From: an uncultured Bacteroides sp.
Lineage (GTDB): Bacteria; Bacteroidota; Bacteroidia; Bacteroidales; Bacteroidaceae
DNA length: 64,000 bases
Assembly: GCA_958453305.1 (NCBI GenBank)
Contig: CAUDXH010000003.1
Coordinates: 20,637 to 84,636, forward strand
Reading direction: 5' to 3'
Each line of letters opens with the position of its first letter. The stretch's first letter is position 1. The translations under genes and the position numbers were made by a program. Below, one piece after another: positions 52,610 through 62,548 of this stretch. The notes below the pieces were generated by a model that saw only the letters and a list, made by a program, of their open reading frames with translations, was not told where the DNA came from and ran no database searches.

Positions 52610-52712
52610 AAGGTTTTGAAATGCTCAGGTATTTGAAACATAGTCATTTTGTAACCTCGTCACCTTCTGAAAAACTAAAACATTCAAAAACTTAAAAACT
52701 CAAAACTAACCA
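52610..52712 (+). repeat. Dispersed intergenic element, copy 3
   Basis: AAGGTTTTGAAATGCTCAGGTATTTGAAA..CCTCGTCACC plus AAAAACT tract. Confidence 0.75.
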
Positions 52713-54053
52713 ATGGAAACGTTTCTGATTCGCGCTCTCCAGCTGATTCTCAGCCTTTCGCTGCTGGTCATCGTACACGAGGGCGGACATTTCTTTTTTG
52801 CACGTCTGTTTAAAATCCGTGTGGAAAAGTTCTATATCTTTTTTGATCCCTGGTTCTCGCTCTTCAAGTTCAAACCGAAGAACAGCGAAACCGAGTATGG
52901 GGTGGGCTGGCTGCCTTTGGGCGGGTATTGTAAAATAGCTGGTATGATTGACGAGTCAATGGATACCGAGCAGATGAAACAGCCGGCACAGCCTTGGGAG
53001 TTTCGCTCTAAACCGGCTTGGCAGCGTCTGCTGGTGATGATTGGTGGGGTGATGATGAACTTCCTGCTCGCTCTTTTTATCTATTCCATGATTCTGTTTA
53101 CTTGGGGCGACCAGTATGTGGCGCTGAAGGATGTGTCGTGCGGAATGAAGTTTAATGAAACGGCTCAGCAGATTGGCTTCCGCGACGGGGATATCCTTTT
53201 GCGTGCCGACGGAAAGGAACTGGTGCGCTTTGATATGGATATGATTCGGAACATTGTTGAAGCACGTGAGGTGACGGTCTTGCGTCAGGGAGCGGAGACA
53301 AAAATCCTGATGCCGGAGCTGAGCTTGCTCGATGTAGCGCAGCAGGACCCGATGTTTGTGGATTATCTTTACCCGAACGTGGTTGACTCAGTGATTCCGG
53401 AAGGGGCTTTCAGTAAGGCTGGGGTGCAGAAAGGCGACTGCCTGCTGGCTTTTAACGGAAAAAACTTGAACTCATGGAATGCGTTCATGGAAGAGATGGA
53501 TCAGCTTCGTACGCGTGCTGAAGTGGAGAAATTGACTTCGGCTTCGTTTGAATTGGTTTACTCGCATGAGGGATTGCGTGATACGGTGATGGTTCAGACA
53601 AATGAGGCTTTTCAGGTGGGAGCTATAGGAAGCCGTCCGGATTATCGTGTTACCGAGCTGGAGTATGGCTTCTTCGAGTCGTTCCCTGCCGGGGTTATGC
53701 TGGGAGTGAATACGCTGAAGGGCTATGTGAACGATATGAAGTATGTCTTCACGAAAGAGGGAGCGAAGAGTGTGGGTGGATTCGGTACCATCGGAAGTAT
53801 CTTCCCGAAGGTGTGGGATTGGGAACGGTTCTGGTCGATGACAGCGTTCTTGTCAATTATTCTTGCTTTCATGAATATTCTTCCCATTCCGGCACTCGAC
53901 GGAGGGCATGTCTTGTTCCTGCTGTATGAAATCATTGCTCGCCGCAAACCGAGCGATAAGTTCCTTGAGTATGCGCAGATGGTGGGTATGTTCCTGCTGT
54001 TCGGCTTGCTCATCTGGGCCAACTTCAATGATGTACTGAAATTCTTGTTTTAA
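52713..54053 (+). CDS. rseP: RIP metalloprotease RseP (site-2 protease)
   Basis: HEGGH, LPLGGY, PDZ-like domains, NILPIPALDGG. Confidence 0.96.
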   Translation: METFLIRALQLILSLSLLVIVHEGGHFFFARLFKIRVEKFYIFFDPWFSLFKFKPKNSETEYGVGWLPLGGYCKIAGMIDESMDTEQMKQPAQPWEFRSKPAWQRLLVMIGGVMMNFLLALFIYSMILFTWGDQYVALKDVSCGMKFNETAQQIGFRDGDILLRADGKELVRFDMDMIRNIVEAREVTVLRQGAETKILMPELSLLDVAQQDPMFVDYLYPNVVDSVIPEGAFSKAGVQKGDCLLAFNGKNLNSWNAFMEEMDQLRTRAEVEKLTSASFELVYSHEGLRDTVMVQTNEAFQVGAIGSRPDYRVTELEYGFFESFPAGVMLGVNTLKGYVNDMKYVFTKEGAKSVGGFGTIGSIFPKVWDWERFWSMTAFLSIILAFMNILPIPALDGGHVLFLLYEIIARRKPSDKFLEYAQMVGMFLLFGLLIWANFNDVLKFLF

Positions 54054-54077
54054 TCGATAATACTGCATGAATTCGGT

Positions 54078-54115
54078 GGCGGGGCAACAAAGCTTGATCA
54101 CTTTGTTGCCCCGCC
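54078..54115 (+). terminator. Strong hairpin after rseP
   Basis: GGCGGGGCAACAAAG..CTTTGTTGCCCCGCC; no clear U-tract. Confidence 0.55.
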
Positions 54116-54228
54116 TGCTGTATGCAGCATGTTGCCGAAAAAAGGTCCGTTTCTTCCCGGCAGCCTTGCCCGGCAGGAAGGAGCGTGAGAAAGCGGAACT
54201 GAAGTAAAATTAGAAACCGAATAAAATA

Positions 54229-56667
54229 ATGACGATGAAAAAACTTTTGTTGACTCTATTGATTGGGGGAGGTGCGTTGATGCATACCTCTTATGCCGTG
54301 GGGCAGGAACGCCTTCCGGAGTATTTGCAGGCGGAGAAATTTACGAAGGAGAAACTTAATACCATGTTGTTTTCTACCATGGTCGATCCGCACTGGTCTT
54401 CTGACGGGAAGATTTTCTGGTATGAATATAAAACTAGTGAAGGCACCTTTTGGTATGTAGTGAATCCTTCTGCCCGTTCCAAAGAACTTCTGTTTGACCG
54501 TGATGATTTGGCGGCGCAGCTCAGTGAGGTGGTTCGTGATCCCTTTGAGGCTCGGCAGCTTCCGTTGCGTAACTTGAAGTTGAAAGATGACGGACGGACA
54601 TTTACGTTTGAGGTGGTTTCTTCGCGTGAGGTAAAACCGGAGAAAGACCAGAAGAAAAAGAAGGAGAAAAATGAGGTGTTTTATTTTGCCTATGACTTTC
54701 CTTCGCGCAAGTTGACGCACTTGAAAGATAAGGAGAGGGATCCGGAACGGATGGACTGGGCTTCGGTTTCGCCCGACGGGCAGACAGTGGTTTATGCGAA
54801 GGACTGCAACCTCTTCCGCATGAGCATGGCCGATTACCGCAAGGCGCAGAAAGACGAGAAAGACAGTACCATCGTGGAGGTGCAGCTCACTACCGACGGG
54901 ACACCTGATTTTGGTTATGGCATTCCTTACAGCATGCTGAATACGGATACGCTCTGCAACGGGAAGCGTCGCTGGGTTTATGGCTGCTGGTCGCCCGACT
55001 CGCGTCATTTCGTGACCGTTGTTTCCGATGACCGTGCCGTGAAACCGCTGTGGGTAATCAATGCGCTTGCTGATCCGCGTCCTACACTGGAAACGTATAA
55101 ATATCAGATGCCTGGAGAGATGGCGGCTCCTGAGGAACATCTGTATCTGTTTGATATGTCTGCGAATACCCGCCGCGAAATACGGGTGGCGGCATGGAAG
55201 AATCAGTCGCTCGGGCTGGAGTACCGTCCGCAGGAACAGAAGGAACGCGACCGTGAATGGATTTCTCCTGTCTGGCAGGGCGATAACAATCGCTTCTTCC
55301 TGACCCGGAGCAGCCGAGACCTGCACCGCATTGATGTGTGTACGTACACGTTGGGACAGGATTCGGTGGTGCCGGTGGTGCGTGAGCGGATGAATACGTA
55401 TCAGGAAACGCGCCCGATTCAGGTGTTCGGCGGAGGCAGGGAATTTATCCAGTGGAGCGAACGTGACGGATGGGCTCACTTGTATCTGTATGATGATAAG
55501 GGAAACCTGAAGAACCGCATCACGAAAGGACCTTGGCATGTGGAACGGGTGCTCAAGGTAGATGAGGCTTCGCGTACCATTTATTTCCTTGCCAACGGCC
55601 GGGAGGAAGGGGAGCATCCGTATCATGAACAGCTTTACTGCGTGAATGCTGACGGCAGCGGACTGAAACGGCTGACTGCCGGCGATTTCTTCCACCAGCC
55701 GGAAATAGATGATGATGCCCGGTATGTGGTAGACAATTATTCGCGGGTGAATACGGTACCTTGTGCAGTGGTGCTCGACCGCAGCGGAAAGGAAGTGATG
55801 AAGCTGGAAGAAAGTGATTTCTCCGGACTGAAGGCTGCGGGATACCAGTTTCCCGAACTGTTTACGGTGAAGGCAGCCGACGGAGTTACCGACTTGTACG
55901 GAGTGATGTATAAGCCTTATAATTTCGATTCGACGAAGGTATATCCCATTATTGACTATGTGTATCCGGGTCCTCAGGTGGAGGCGGTGTATTATCCGTT
56001 TACGCGGATGAGCGTGCGGACTGACCGGCTGGCGCAGGCGGGATTTATTGTCATCTCGGTGGGGCAGCGTGGCGGACATCCTTCGCGTTCGAAGTGGTAT
56101 CATAACTATGGCTACGGCAATCTGCGTGACTATCCTTTGGCTGACCACAAGGCTGCCGTGGAACAGCTGGCTGCCCGTTACCGCTTTATTGACATCGACC
56201 GCGTGGGTATTCACGGACATTCGGGCGGAGGGTTCATGTCAACTGCTGCCATCTGCCAGTATCCAGACTTCTACAAGGCTGCCGTATCGTGTGCCGGAAA
56301 TCATGACAACCGCATTTATAACCGTTGGTGGAGTGAGACGCATCACGGGGTGAAGGAGGAGATAACAGCGGAAGGCGATACGACTTTTGCCTATAAGATT
56401 GCCACAAATCCTGAAATCGTGAAACAACTCAAGGGGCATCTGATGCTGGTGCACGGGGATATCGATAATAATGTGCATCCTGCCAATACGCTCCGCGTAG
56501 TGGATGCGCTGATTCGTGCCGGCAAGCGCTTTGATATGCTGATTCTTCCCGGACAGCGTCATGCTTTCGGTACGATGGATGAGTATTTCTACTGGCGTAT
56601 GGTGGATTTCTTCTCGCGCCATCTTAAAGGGAAATGTGAGGATTCGGTGGATATTCCGAAGCGGTGA
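54229..56667 (+). CDS. S9 family dipeptidyl-peptidase IV-like peptidase
   Basis: Signal peptide; DPPIV_N propeller; GHSGGG, HGDIDNNVH, GQRH triad motifs. Confidence 0.9.
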   Translation: MTMKKLLLTLLIGGGALMHTSYAVGQERLPEYLQAEKFTKEKLNTMLFSTMVDPHWSSDGKIFWYEYKTSEGTFWYVVNPSARSKELLFDRDDLAAQLSEVVRDPFEARQLPLRNLKLKDDGRTFTFEVVSSREVKPEKDQKKKKEKNEVFYFAYDFPSRKLTHLKDKERDPERMDWASVSPDGQTVVYAKDCNLFRMSMADYRKAQKDEKDSTIVEVQLTTDGTPDFGYGIPYSMLNTDTLCNGKRRWVYGCWSPDSRHFVTVVSDDRAVKPLWVINALADPRPTLETYKYQMPGEMAAPEEHLYLFDMSANTRREIRVAAWKNQSLGLEYRPQEQKERDREWISPVWQGDNNRFFLTRSSRDLHRIDVCTYTLGQDSVVPVVRERMNTYQETRPIQVFGGGREFIQWSERDGWAHLYLYDDKGNLKNRITKGPWHVERVLKVDEASRTIYFLANGREEGEHPYHEQLYCVNADGSGLKRLTAGDFFHQPEIDDDARYVVDNYSRVNTVPCAVVLDRSGKEVMKLEESDFSGLKAAGYQFPELFTVKAADGVTDLYGVMYKPYNFDSTKVYPIIDYVYPGPQVEAVYYPFTRMSVRTDRLAQAGFIVISVGQRGGHPSRSKWYHNYGYGNLRDYPLADHKAAVEQLAARYRFIDIDRVGIHGHSGGGFMSTAAICQYPDFYKAAVSCAGNHDNRIYNRWWSETHHGVKEEITAEGDTTFAYKIATNPEIVKQLKGHLMLVHGDIDNNVHPANTLRVVDALIRAGKRFDMLILPGQRHAFGTMDEYFYWRMVDFFSRHLKGKCEDSVDIPKR

Positions 56668-56742
56668 AGTAGTGGAGGAGCTTTCTCCTTCAGTTGAACC
56701 TTTAGGCTTCAGAAATGAAGCTTGATTAGAATAATCTTATTT

Positions 56743-56791
56743 AAAAAGACCGTATCATGTGCTGCATTGAGCCATGATACGGTCTTTTTTT
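56743..56791. terminator. Bidirectional terminator
   Basis: AAAAAGACCGTATCATG..CATGATACGGTCTTTTTTT between convergent genes. Confidence 0.85.
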
Positions 56792-56988
56792 CTTAACTTT
56801 CAGTTTTTTCGGAATCGTTGAGGCGGGAGCGTACGCTCTCCGGCTTTTTTTCTATCCAACAGCTGATTTATTTTCTTCAGCAAGTTAAAATCTTTCATTC
56901 CGAGCCGGTCGAAGCACCGCTGCCTTTATGCAGATGGAGAGTCTGGCAACGGGTTGGGGTAAGAGGCAGAACCACCGGAAGAGCCAAC

Positions 56989-58593
56989 TCACCCCTGCAA
57001 GCTTTCGTAGACCGGATGCAGCTCTTCGGGCGTGTAACCGCTCCGGATGCGCCACTCTTGCGGATAAAGGTTATTGGCTCTGTTTCCTATATTTTTTACA
57101 AAGCCGAGCGGAATGTGCCGATAAGTCACCAGGACATATCCTTTGGAAACAGACGAGTCGACTACAATCGCTTCTCTGCGCAAATAAGATAGTGCTTGGG
57201 CAAGCGATAGTTCCGTCTGCGGAAACGCTTCCTTGCACAGAACGGTACTCATGGCCAGCACATGCGAAGGCATCCAGTCTTTCCCTTTCTGTTCGGCAAG
57301 AGTAACTCCCGCATGCAAGAGATGAAGTCTCTCTTTTAGATTATCGTATAAATCTACGTAAGCTGAAGGAATCGCTTTGGCAAGTGCACCTTCGGTGCGG
57401 AATGAGAAATTGCCTGCCTGGAGGAGCCATTTTTCCGTTTCTTTGGGAAAGGAGATTCCTGCTGTCTTGTTTCCTTTCTGCATTGTTTTTCCTTTTCCGC
57501 CTTTGCGGAATCCTTCTGCTTTCCCTCTGCGCCTTTCTGCCGCATCTGTATAGGCTGCTTCCGCTATCGTCTTGCGGGAATGGGTTGAGGCAGCAGTTTC
57601 TTCTTCTACCTTACAGACAGACTGTTCACTGCTGTAGTCGGCATAGCATTCTTCGGTTCCTCCCCGGCGGATATGCTCCCCGGTGGAATCGAAATCTTCC
57701 GCTGCGGTATCCGGTTTCTTGCGGAGTACTGCCACAAACAGCCCCTCGCCTGATGTATGGTGAGGCAAGAACCGATACACCGGAAACTCCTCTCCTGTGA
57801 GATTTCCCGTAATTCCCCATTCTGCTTCAGTATTTACCGGAAGCACCTCAGCCCCTAAGTTCGAGGCAATCCACGCCACATTGTCCTCGTTTTCTTCGCG
57901 GTTGAAGGTACAGGTGCTGTAAATCAGGATTCCCCCCGGCTTCAGACACGGCCATATATCCGCCACGATACGGCGCTGACGCTTCCAGCATAAATCCACT
58001 GCTTCCGGACTCCATTCGCTGACTGCTTTTTCATCTTTGCGGAACATGCCCTCACCGGAACAAGGCACATCGGTGAGCACTACGTCGAAGAGCGGTCCGA
58101 GCGGAGTGAAGTCAGCCGGGTCATTATTGGTTACAATCACCTCCGGATTGCCCCACTTGATGAGATTCTCAGCCAGTACCTGCGAGCGGGTACGCATCAC
58201 CTCGTTGGCTACCAGCATGCTTCCTTCTGGCAGTTCGTCGCGTACGAGGGTTGATTTTCCTCCCGGAGCAGCACAGAGGTCGAGCATGACCACCGGGCGG
58301 TTCACATAGCGGCGGATGACTTGCGCAATGAACATCGATGCTGCTTCCTGTACATAATAGTATCCGGCATGAAACAGCGGGTCGAAGGTGAATGCGGGGC
58401 GTCGGTTCAGATAGAACCCTTTTTCGGTCCACGGAACGTTTTGGGCTTGAGGTGGAATCGGAGATTTTTTTCCGGAGTTGGTGCGGATGCTGACCGGACT
58501 ATCGGTCTGCAGTGCCTGGCAAAGAGCGTTACATTCGGTCTCTCCCATGAGAAGCCGAGTGCGTTCAATGAATTCAGAGGGTAAGTTGAGCAT
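56989..58593 (-). CDS. RsmF/NOL1/NOP2-family rRNA m5C methyltransferase
   Basis: YYVQEA, LDLCAAPGGKS, DVPCSGEGMFRK, YSTCT..ENE, RANNLYPQEWRIR. Confidence 0.92.
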   Translation of the reverse strand: MLNLPSEFIERTRLLMGETECNALCQALQTDSPVSIRTNSGKKSPIPPQAQNVPWTEKGFYLNRRPAFTFDPLFHAGYYYVQEAASMFIAQVIRRYVNRPVVMLDLCAAPGGKSTLVRDELPEGSMLVANEVMRTRSQVLAENLIKWGNPEVIVTNNDPADFTPLGPLFDVVLTDVPCSGEGMFRKDEKAVSEWSPEAVDLCWKRQRRIVADIWPCLKPGGILIYSTCTFNREENEDNVAWIASNLGAEVLPVNTEAEWGITGNLTGEEFPVYRFLPHHTSGEGLFVAVLRKKPDTAAEDFDSTGEHIRRGGTEECYADYSSEQSVCKVEEETAASTHSRKTIAEAAYTDAAERRRGKAEGFRKGGKGKTMQKGNKTAGISFPKETEKWLLQAGNFSFRTEGALAKAIPSAYVDLYDNLKERLHLLHAGVTLAEQKGKDWMPSHVLAMSTVLCKEAFPQTELSLAQALSYLRREAIVVDSSVSKGYVLVTYRHIPLGFVKNIGNRANNLYPQEWRIRSGYTPEELHPVYESLQG

Positions 58594-58670
58594 ATGCCTT
58601 GAGTTTTTATTTGATGAGTTTTTTATTTTGACGAGTTGATAAGGTTTCAGTCAGTAAAGCATTTCAGAGC
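58594..58670 (-). repeat. Dispersed intergenic element, copy 4 (minus strand)
   Basis: Reverse complement: GCTCTGAAATGCTTTACTGACTGAAACCTTATCAACTCGTCAAAATAAAAAACTCATCAAATAAAAACTC, then ATG. Confidence 0.7.
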
Positions 58671-58729
58671 GTTGTTCCCGTGTTAGCTGCAGCCTTGTCA
58701 CCTGATCGGCAAAGTTTGGTTAACAGCAA

Positions 58730-59785
58730 CTATTCATTCAGAGCCCCACAATGTGGGCAGATACCTTTCTTTCGCATCTTAGCCCCACAAGCCCCGCATG
58801 CATACGAATACCCCGATGCCCCTTTCAGTTGCTTGAAAACCCAGATAGAGTAAGCAGCCAGACAGAGGTACGCCCCATACACCGGAAGGCAGGTGAGAAA
58901 GATGTATAAAAAGATACAACACGCCGCCAATCCCGTGAGATAAAACAGTGCCACCTCCACCGAAGTCTGATGAAACAGGTCATCCAGCATGGCTATTCCC
59001 ATCAAGATGATGAGCCAGATGCAAAAGATGAACAGTCCGGTGACAAACGGCAGTTGGAATGGGTTGAGCGAGGGATTGTAGTAATACGCCTCCCATACCG
59101 ACGGGTTGAAGTGCAGTATCGAGTTATAGAGTGTGGCAGCCACAGCCATCAGCCACGAGAGCGACAGAGGAAAGATGCTGTCAATGTCATTCAGTCCGAT
59201 GAGTCGGATTTGCTTACGTCGCACGGCGCGTATGGCAAACCAGAGCGCGAATCCGGCAGAGATAACCAGAAAAGGTACCGTATGCGAACTGCTGAACCAG
59301 CGGATTCCCTGCGAGATAGGATCGACCGGTACAATGCCTTGCAGGAGGGTTGGTTCGCGGAGCCATCCGATGGTTTCCTGGTCGCGTGCCACCTTTACCC
59401 ATATGTGACTGACCGAATCATCCGGGTGGAAGGCAAACTCAGCCACTACCAGTTCGTCATTACGTACTACGGGTAGCGAGTCAGTCAGAGGCAGGCGGTA
59501 GAGCCACAGCGTGTCTGCCACCACCTTGAAGTTGGCATTCAGCTTATACGGACGCGAAACGTCCTCCGCCCCCGTACTTACAGTTCCTGCTACGTTCTCT
59601 GTTTCCTCGGCTCCACACCGAAGTTTCTTTTCTGCTTGAAGTTCATCTGCAGTGAGCAAGGGATGCTTTAGCAGCACTTCAGCCTGAAGCACCTTCTCCG
59701 TTTGAAGCCGATTCAACTGTCTCGCGGCAGGCAACCATCCGAAGAAGAAGCTGATAACAGCCAGGAAAAAAGTCCCCCACATCAT
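58730..59785 (-). CDS. Hypothetical multi-TM membrane protein with C-terminal zinc ribbon
   Basis: WVKVARDQETIGW region, 5-6 TM segments, CGACG..CPHCG at the C-terminus. Confidence 0.75.
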   Translation of the reverse strand: MMWGTFFLAVISFFFGWLPAARQLNRLQTEKVLQAEVLLKHPLLTADELQAEKKLRCGAEETENVAGTVSTGAEDVSRPYKLNANFKVVADTLWLYRLPLTDSLPVVRNDELVVAEFAFHPDDSVSHIWVKVARDQETIGWLREPTLLQGIVPVDPISQGIRWFSSSHTVPFLVISAGFALWFAIRAVRRKQIRLIGLNDIDSIFPLSLSWLMAVAATLYNSILHFNPSVWEAYYYNPSLNPFQLPFVTGLFIFCIWLIILMGIAMLDDLFHQTSVEVALFYLTGLAACCIFLYIFLTCLPVYGAYLCLAAYSIWVFKQLKGASGYSYACGACGAKMRKKGICPHCGALNE

Positions 59786-61620
59786 TCTTCTGAATCAGCA
59801 TAAACCTTCATCTGACATACCTTACAGTCAAACTCCAGCCGGAAGCGTCGGCCGTCGGAGCTCACCAGATAATACGGCTCGCGGAATGGAGCCCGTACCT
59901 TGTGATGCACTGGGCACCAGCCCATGCTATATCTCAGACAGTGCTTGCAAAACATCAGCACCGCACCGCGGGACGGTTCTTGTTCGAATGCCGGAGCCAC
60001 CCGTTTCACCCCGTGGTCATGATAGAATGCCGCCGCACGGCTGTTCATCACATTTCCCAGATAGGTCAGTTCGGCAGCTGGATAGGGGTGTACCGTTGCT
60101 TTATGTAATACTGTTTCGCGGCGGTAATTCATCCGTCGTGCCTGGAGCAGTGCTTCCGTAGCTCGGCGGCGTAAATCGGCCAGTACGGACGAAGGAATAA
60201 ACCAGTTATCGCAGAAGTCAATTTCAATATTTCGCACCACCAGCGGCGTACCTCCCAGCTTAGCCAACTGCGTACGGCGGTTCTCGTCCTGAGGCGAGCG
60301 GGCCGTTTCCTTGGCATATTCAATGGTTGCCGAAGCCCGGTTTCCATCCTCATCAGTCAGGGTCAGTGTGAAACCGAAGACATTCTCACAAAGGTTCATA
60401 TCCACCTCTACTCTGCGCACAGCCGATTGCCGTTGCAAGGTCCGTTCAAATTCCTGATCGAAGTTACGGAACAGGCGTGTCTTCGGCATCACGTGAGGCA
60501 CCTCCTGTAAAAAGAGCTTATTTCCTTCCACCCGGTTTACCCGGAAGCCCTGCAGCCGTCCTTGTGCATCAAGGAAGCATAGTCCGTCGCCGTTAGCAAA
60601 GCGCTTGATACCTGCTACGGTAATCCACGAGCGTCCCACTTCCTTCACTACCCCCACTTCCTCACCCATCGACTTGGGTGTATCAAATGAGAAAATCCCC
60701 CCGTTTCGTCCGTGAACGAAATAATCGGTGAATCCTCGGTTGAAACTCTTTTCCGGTAGCGGCTCAAAACTCAGTTCCACCTTTCCCGATGAAGCTCTCC
60801 GGTATTCCTTTCTTCGTTTGAAAATAGCATCCAGCTTTTTACGGTACCACGCTGTAACATTCTTCACATATGCCACATCCTTGAGTCGTCCCTCAATTTT
60901 GAGTGAGGTAGCTCCTGCATCGAGTAGCGCCTCTAGGTTATCCGTCTGGTTCATATCCTTAAGCGAAAGCAGATGACGGTTCCGCACCACCGTCCGTCCG
61001 TCGGCATCTACCATGTCGAAGGCCAGACGGCAGAACTGTGCACATTCTCCCCGGTTGGCACTCCGGCCGTAACATGCCTGACTGACATAACACTGCCCGC
61101 TGTAACTCACGCACAATGCTCCGTGAATAAAAACTTCGAGCGCCGTGTCGGGACAAGCTTTGTGGATTTGCGCTATTTCATTGAGCGTCAGTTCGCGCGG
61201 AAGTACCACCTGACGGAATCCGGCATCCGACAAGAAACGTACTTTTTCGGCTGAGCGGTTATCCATTTGTGTACTGGCATGTAACGGGATAGGGGGTAAG
61301 TTGAGTCGTGTAATACCCATATCCTGCACGATGAGCGCATCTACTCCGATGCGGTATAAATCGGCAATCATCTCCTCGGTGCGCAGTAGCTCTTCATCAG
61401 TCAAGATGGTATTGACTGCCACATAAATACGTACATTGAACTGATGGGCATATTCCACCAGGCGGGCAATGTCTTCAAGGGAGTTTCCCGCTGCCGCTCT
61501 TGCTCCGAAGCAGGGAGCTCCGATGTAAACGGCATCGGCACCGTGATTCACAGCTTCTATGCCACACTCCAGATTACGGGCAGGGGCAAGCAACTCTATA
61601 AGTCGAGGATGAGTCATCAT
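59782..61620 (-). CDS. U32 family protein, long form (RlhA-like 23S rRNA hydroxylase)
   Basis: ELLAPA, GADAVYIG, HASTQ, HGALCVSYSGQC, NRGECAQFCR, LKIEGR; long C-terminal extension. Confidence 0.85.
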   Translation of the reverse strand: MMTHPRLIELLAPARNLECGIEAVNHGADAVYIGAPCFGARAAAGNSLEDIARLVEYAHQFNVRIYVAVNTILTDEELLRTEEMIADLYRIGVDALIVQDMGITRLNLPPIPLHASTQMDNRSAEKVRFLSDAGFRQVVLPRELTLNEIAQIHKACPDTALEVFIHGALCVSYSGQCYVSQACYGRSANRGECAQFCRLAFDMVDADGRTVVRNRHLLSLKDMNQTDNLEALLDAGATSLKIEGRLKDVAYVKNVTAWYRKKLDAIFKRRKEYRRASSGKVELSFEPLPEKSFNRGFTDYFVHGRNGGIFSFDTPKSMGEEVGVVKEVGRSWITVAGIKRFANGDGLCFLDAQGRLQGFRVNRVEGNKLFLQEVPHVMPKTRLFRNFDQEFERTLQRQSAVRRVEVDMNLCENVFGFTLTLTDEDGNRASATIEYAKETARSPQDENRRTQLAKLGGTPLVVRNIEIDFCDNWFIPSSVLADLRRRATEALLQARRMNYRRETVLHKATVHPYPAAELTYLGNVMNSRAAAFYHDHGVKRVAPAFEQEPSRGAVLMFCKHCLRYSMGWCPVHHKVRAPFREPYYLVSSDGRRFRLEFDCKVCQMKVYADSEE

Positions 61621-61624
61621 GCAA

Positions 61625-62548
61625 TTATCTGATTAAGTTAATATCGTAAGGGGTTTCTTGATATACATAATAATTGAGCCAGTTGGCAAAGAGCAGGTTG
61701 GCAGTGCTTCGCCAGCGTACCAGCGGACCTTGTTCCGGGTCATCGTTGCGGTAATAGTTCCGTGGCAGGTCAATAGGCAAATTCTTGTCAAGGTCGCGGC
61801 GGTATTCGCCGTCAAGAGTGAGCGGCGCATACTCCGAATGACCTGTTACAAAGAACTCACGTCCGCCTCGCGCCATGACGATGTGGATGCCTGAATCGGC
61901 AGACTCAGAAATGATGCTTAGCGATTGATTCTTTTCTATATCTTCTTTTCGTATCTCCGTATGCCGGCTGTGCGGAACGAAGAATACATCATCAAATCCG
62001 CGGAAGATGGGGAGCTGCTGAAAGCCCTTGCAAATATGGTGTTCGAAGATGCCGAACATCTTTTTTTCAAGTGGATATTTGGGAATGCCGTAGTGATGAT
62101 AAAGACCCGCCTGCGCAGCCCAACAGATGTAAAGGGTGGAAGTAACATGCGTCTGTGCCCAATCGAAGATTCCGGTAATTTCATCCCAATACCCCACTTC
62201 CTCAAAGTTCAGATGCTCTACGGGAGCTCCGGTGATAATCATTCCGTCATATTTTTCGTTGCGCATTAATTCGAAGTCCCGGTAAAAAGCACGCATATGC
62301 TCTATGGGCGTATTTTTAGGTGTATGACTTTTCAACTTCATGAAACTCACCTCAATCTGCAAGGGCGAGTTTGAGAGCAGGCGGATAAGGTCTGTCTCGG
62401 TGGTGACTTTAATGGGCATGAGATTGAGAATGACAATCTTCAGCGGACGGATGTCTTGTGTTGATGCTCTCGAATTGTCTATCACGAAGATGCTTTCTTC
62501 CTTAAGCAAATCGATGGCCGGAAGATGGTCGGGTAGGTTGAGTGGCAT
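61625..62548 (-). CDS. metA: Homoserine O-acyltransferase MetA (acetyltransferase-type)
   Basis: QDIRPL, LNLMP, TGAPVE, ICWAAQA, PHSRH, GHSEY, NWLNYYVYQ. Confidence 0.96.
   Translation of the reverse strand: MPLNLPDHLPAIDLLKEESIFVIDNSRASTQDIRPLKIVILNLMPIKVTTETDLIRLLSNSPLQIEVSFMKLKSHTPKNTPIEHMRAFYRDFELMRNEKYDGMIITGAPVEHLNFEEVGYWDEITGIFDWAQTHVTSTLYICWAAQAGLYHHYGIPKYPLEKKMFGIFEHHICKGFQQLPIFRGFDDVFFVPHSRHTEIRKEDIEKNQSLSIISESADSGIHIVMARGGREFFVTGHSEYAPLTLDGEYRRDLDKNLPIDLPRNYYRNDDPEQGPLVRWRSTANLLFANWLNYYVYQETPYDINLIR

Noticed and set aside
54256..56220. 654-aa antisense ORF (also 372 aa at 51529-52647 and 239 aa at 50466-51185)
   Set aside because: Shadow frames of well-supported genes; explained by GC-rich codon usage avoiding TTA/CTA/TCA; no recognisable motifs.
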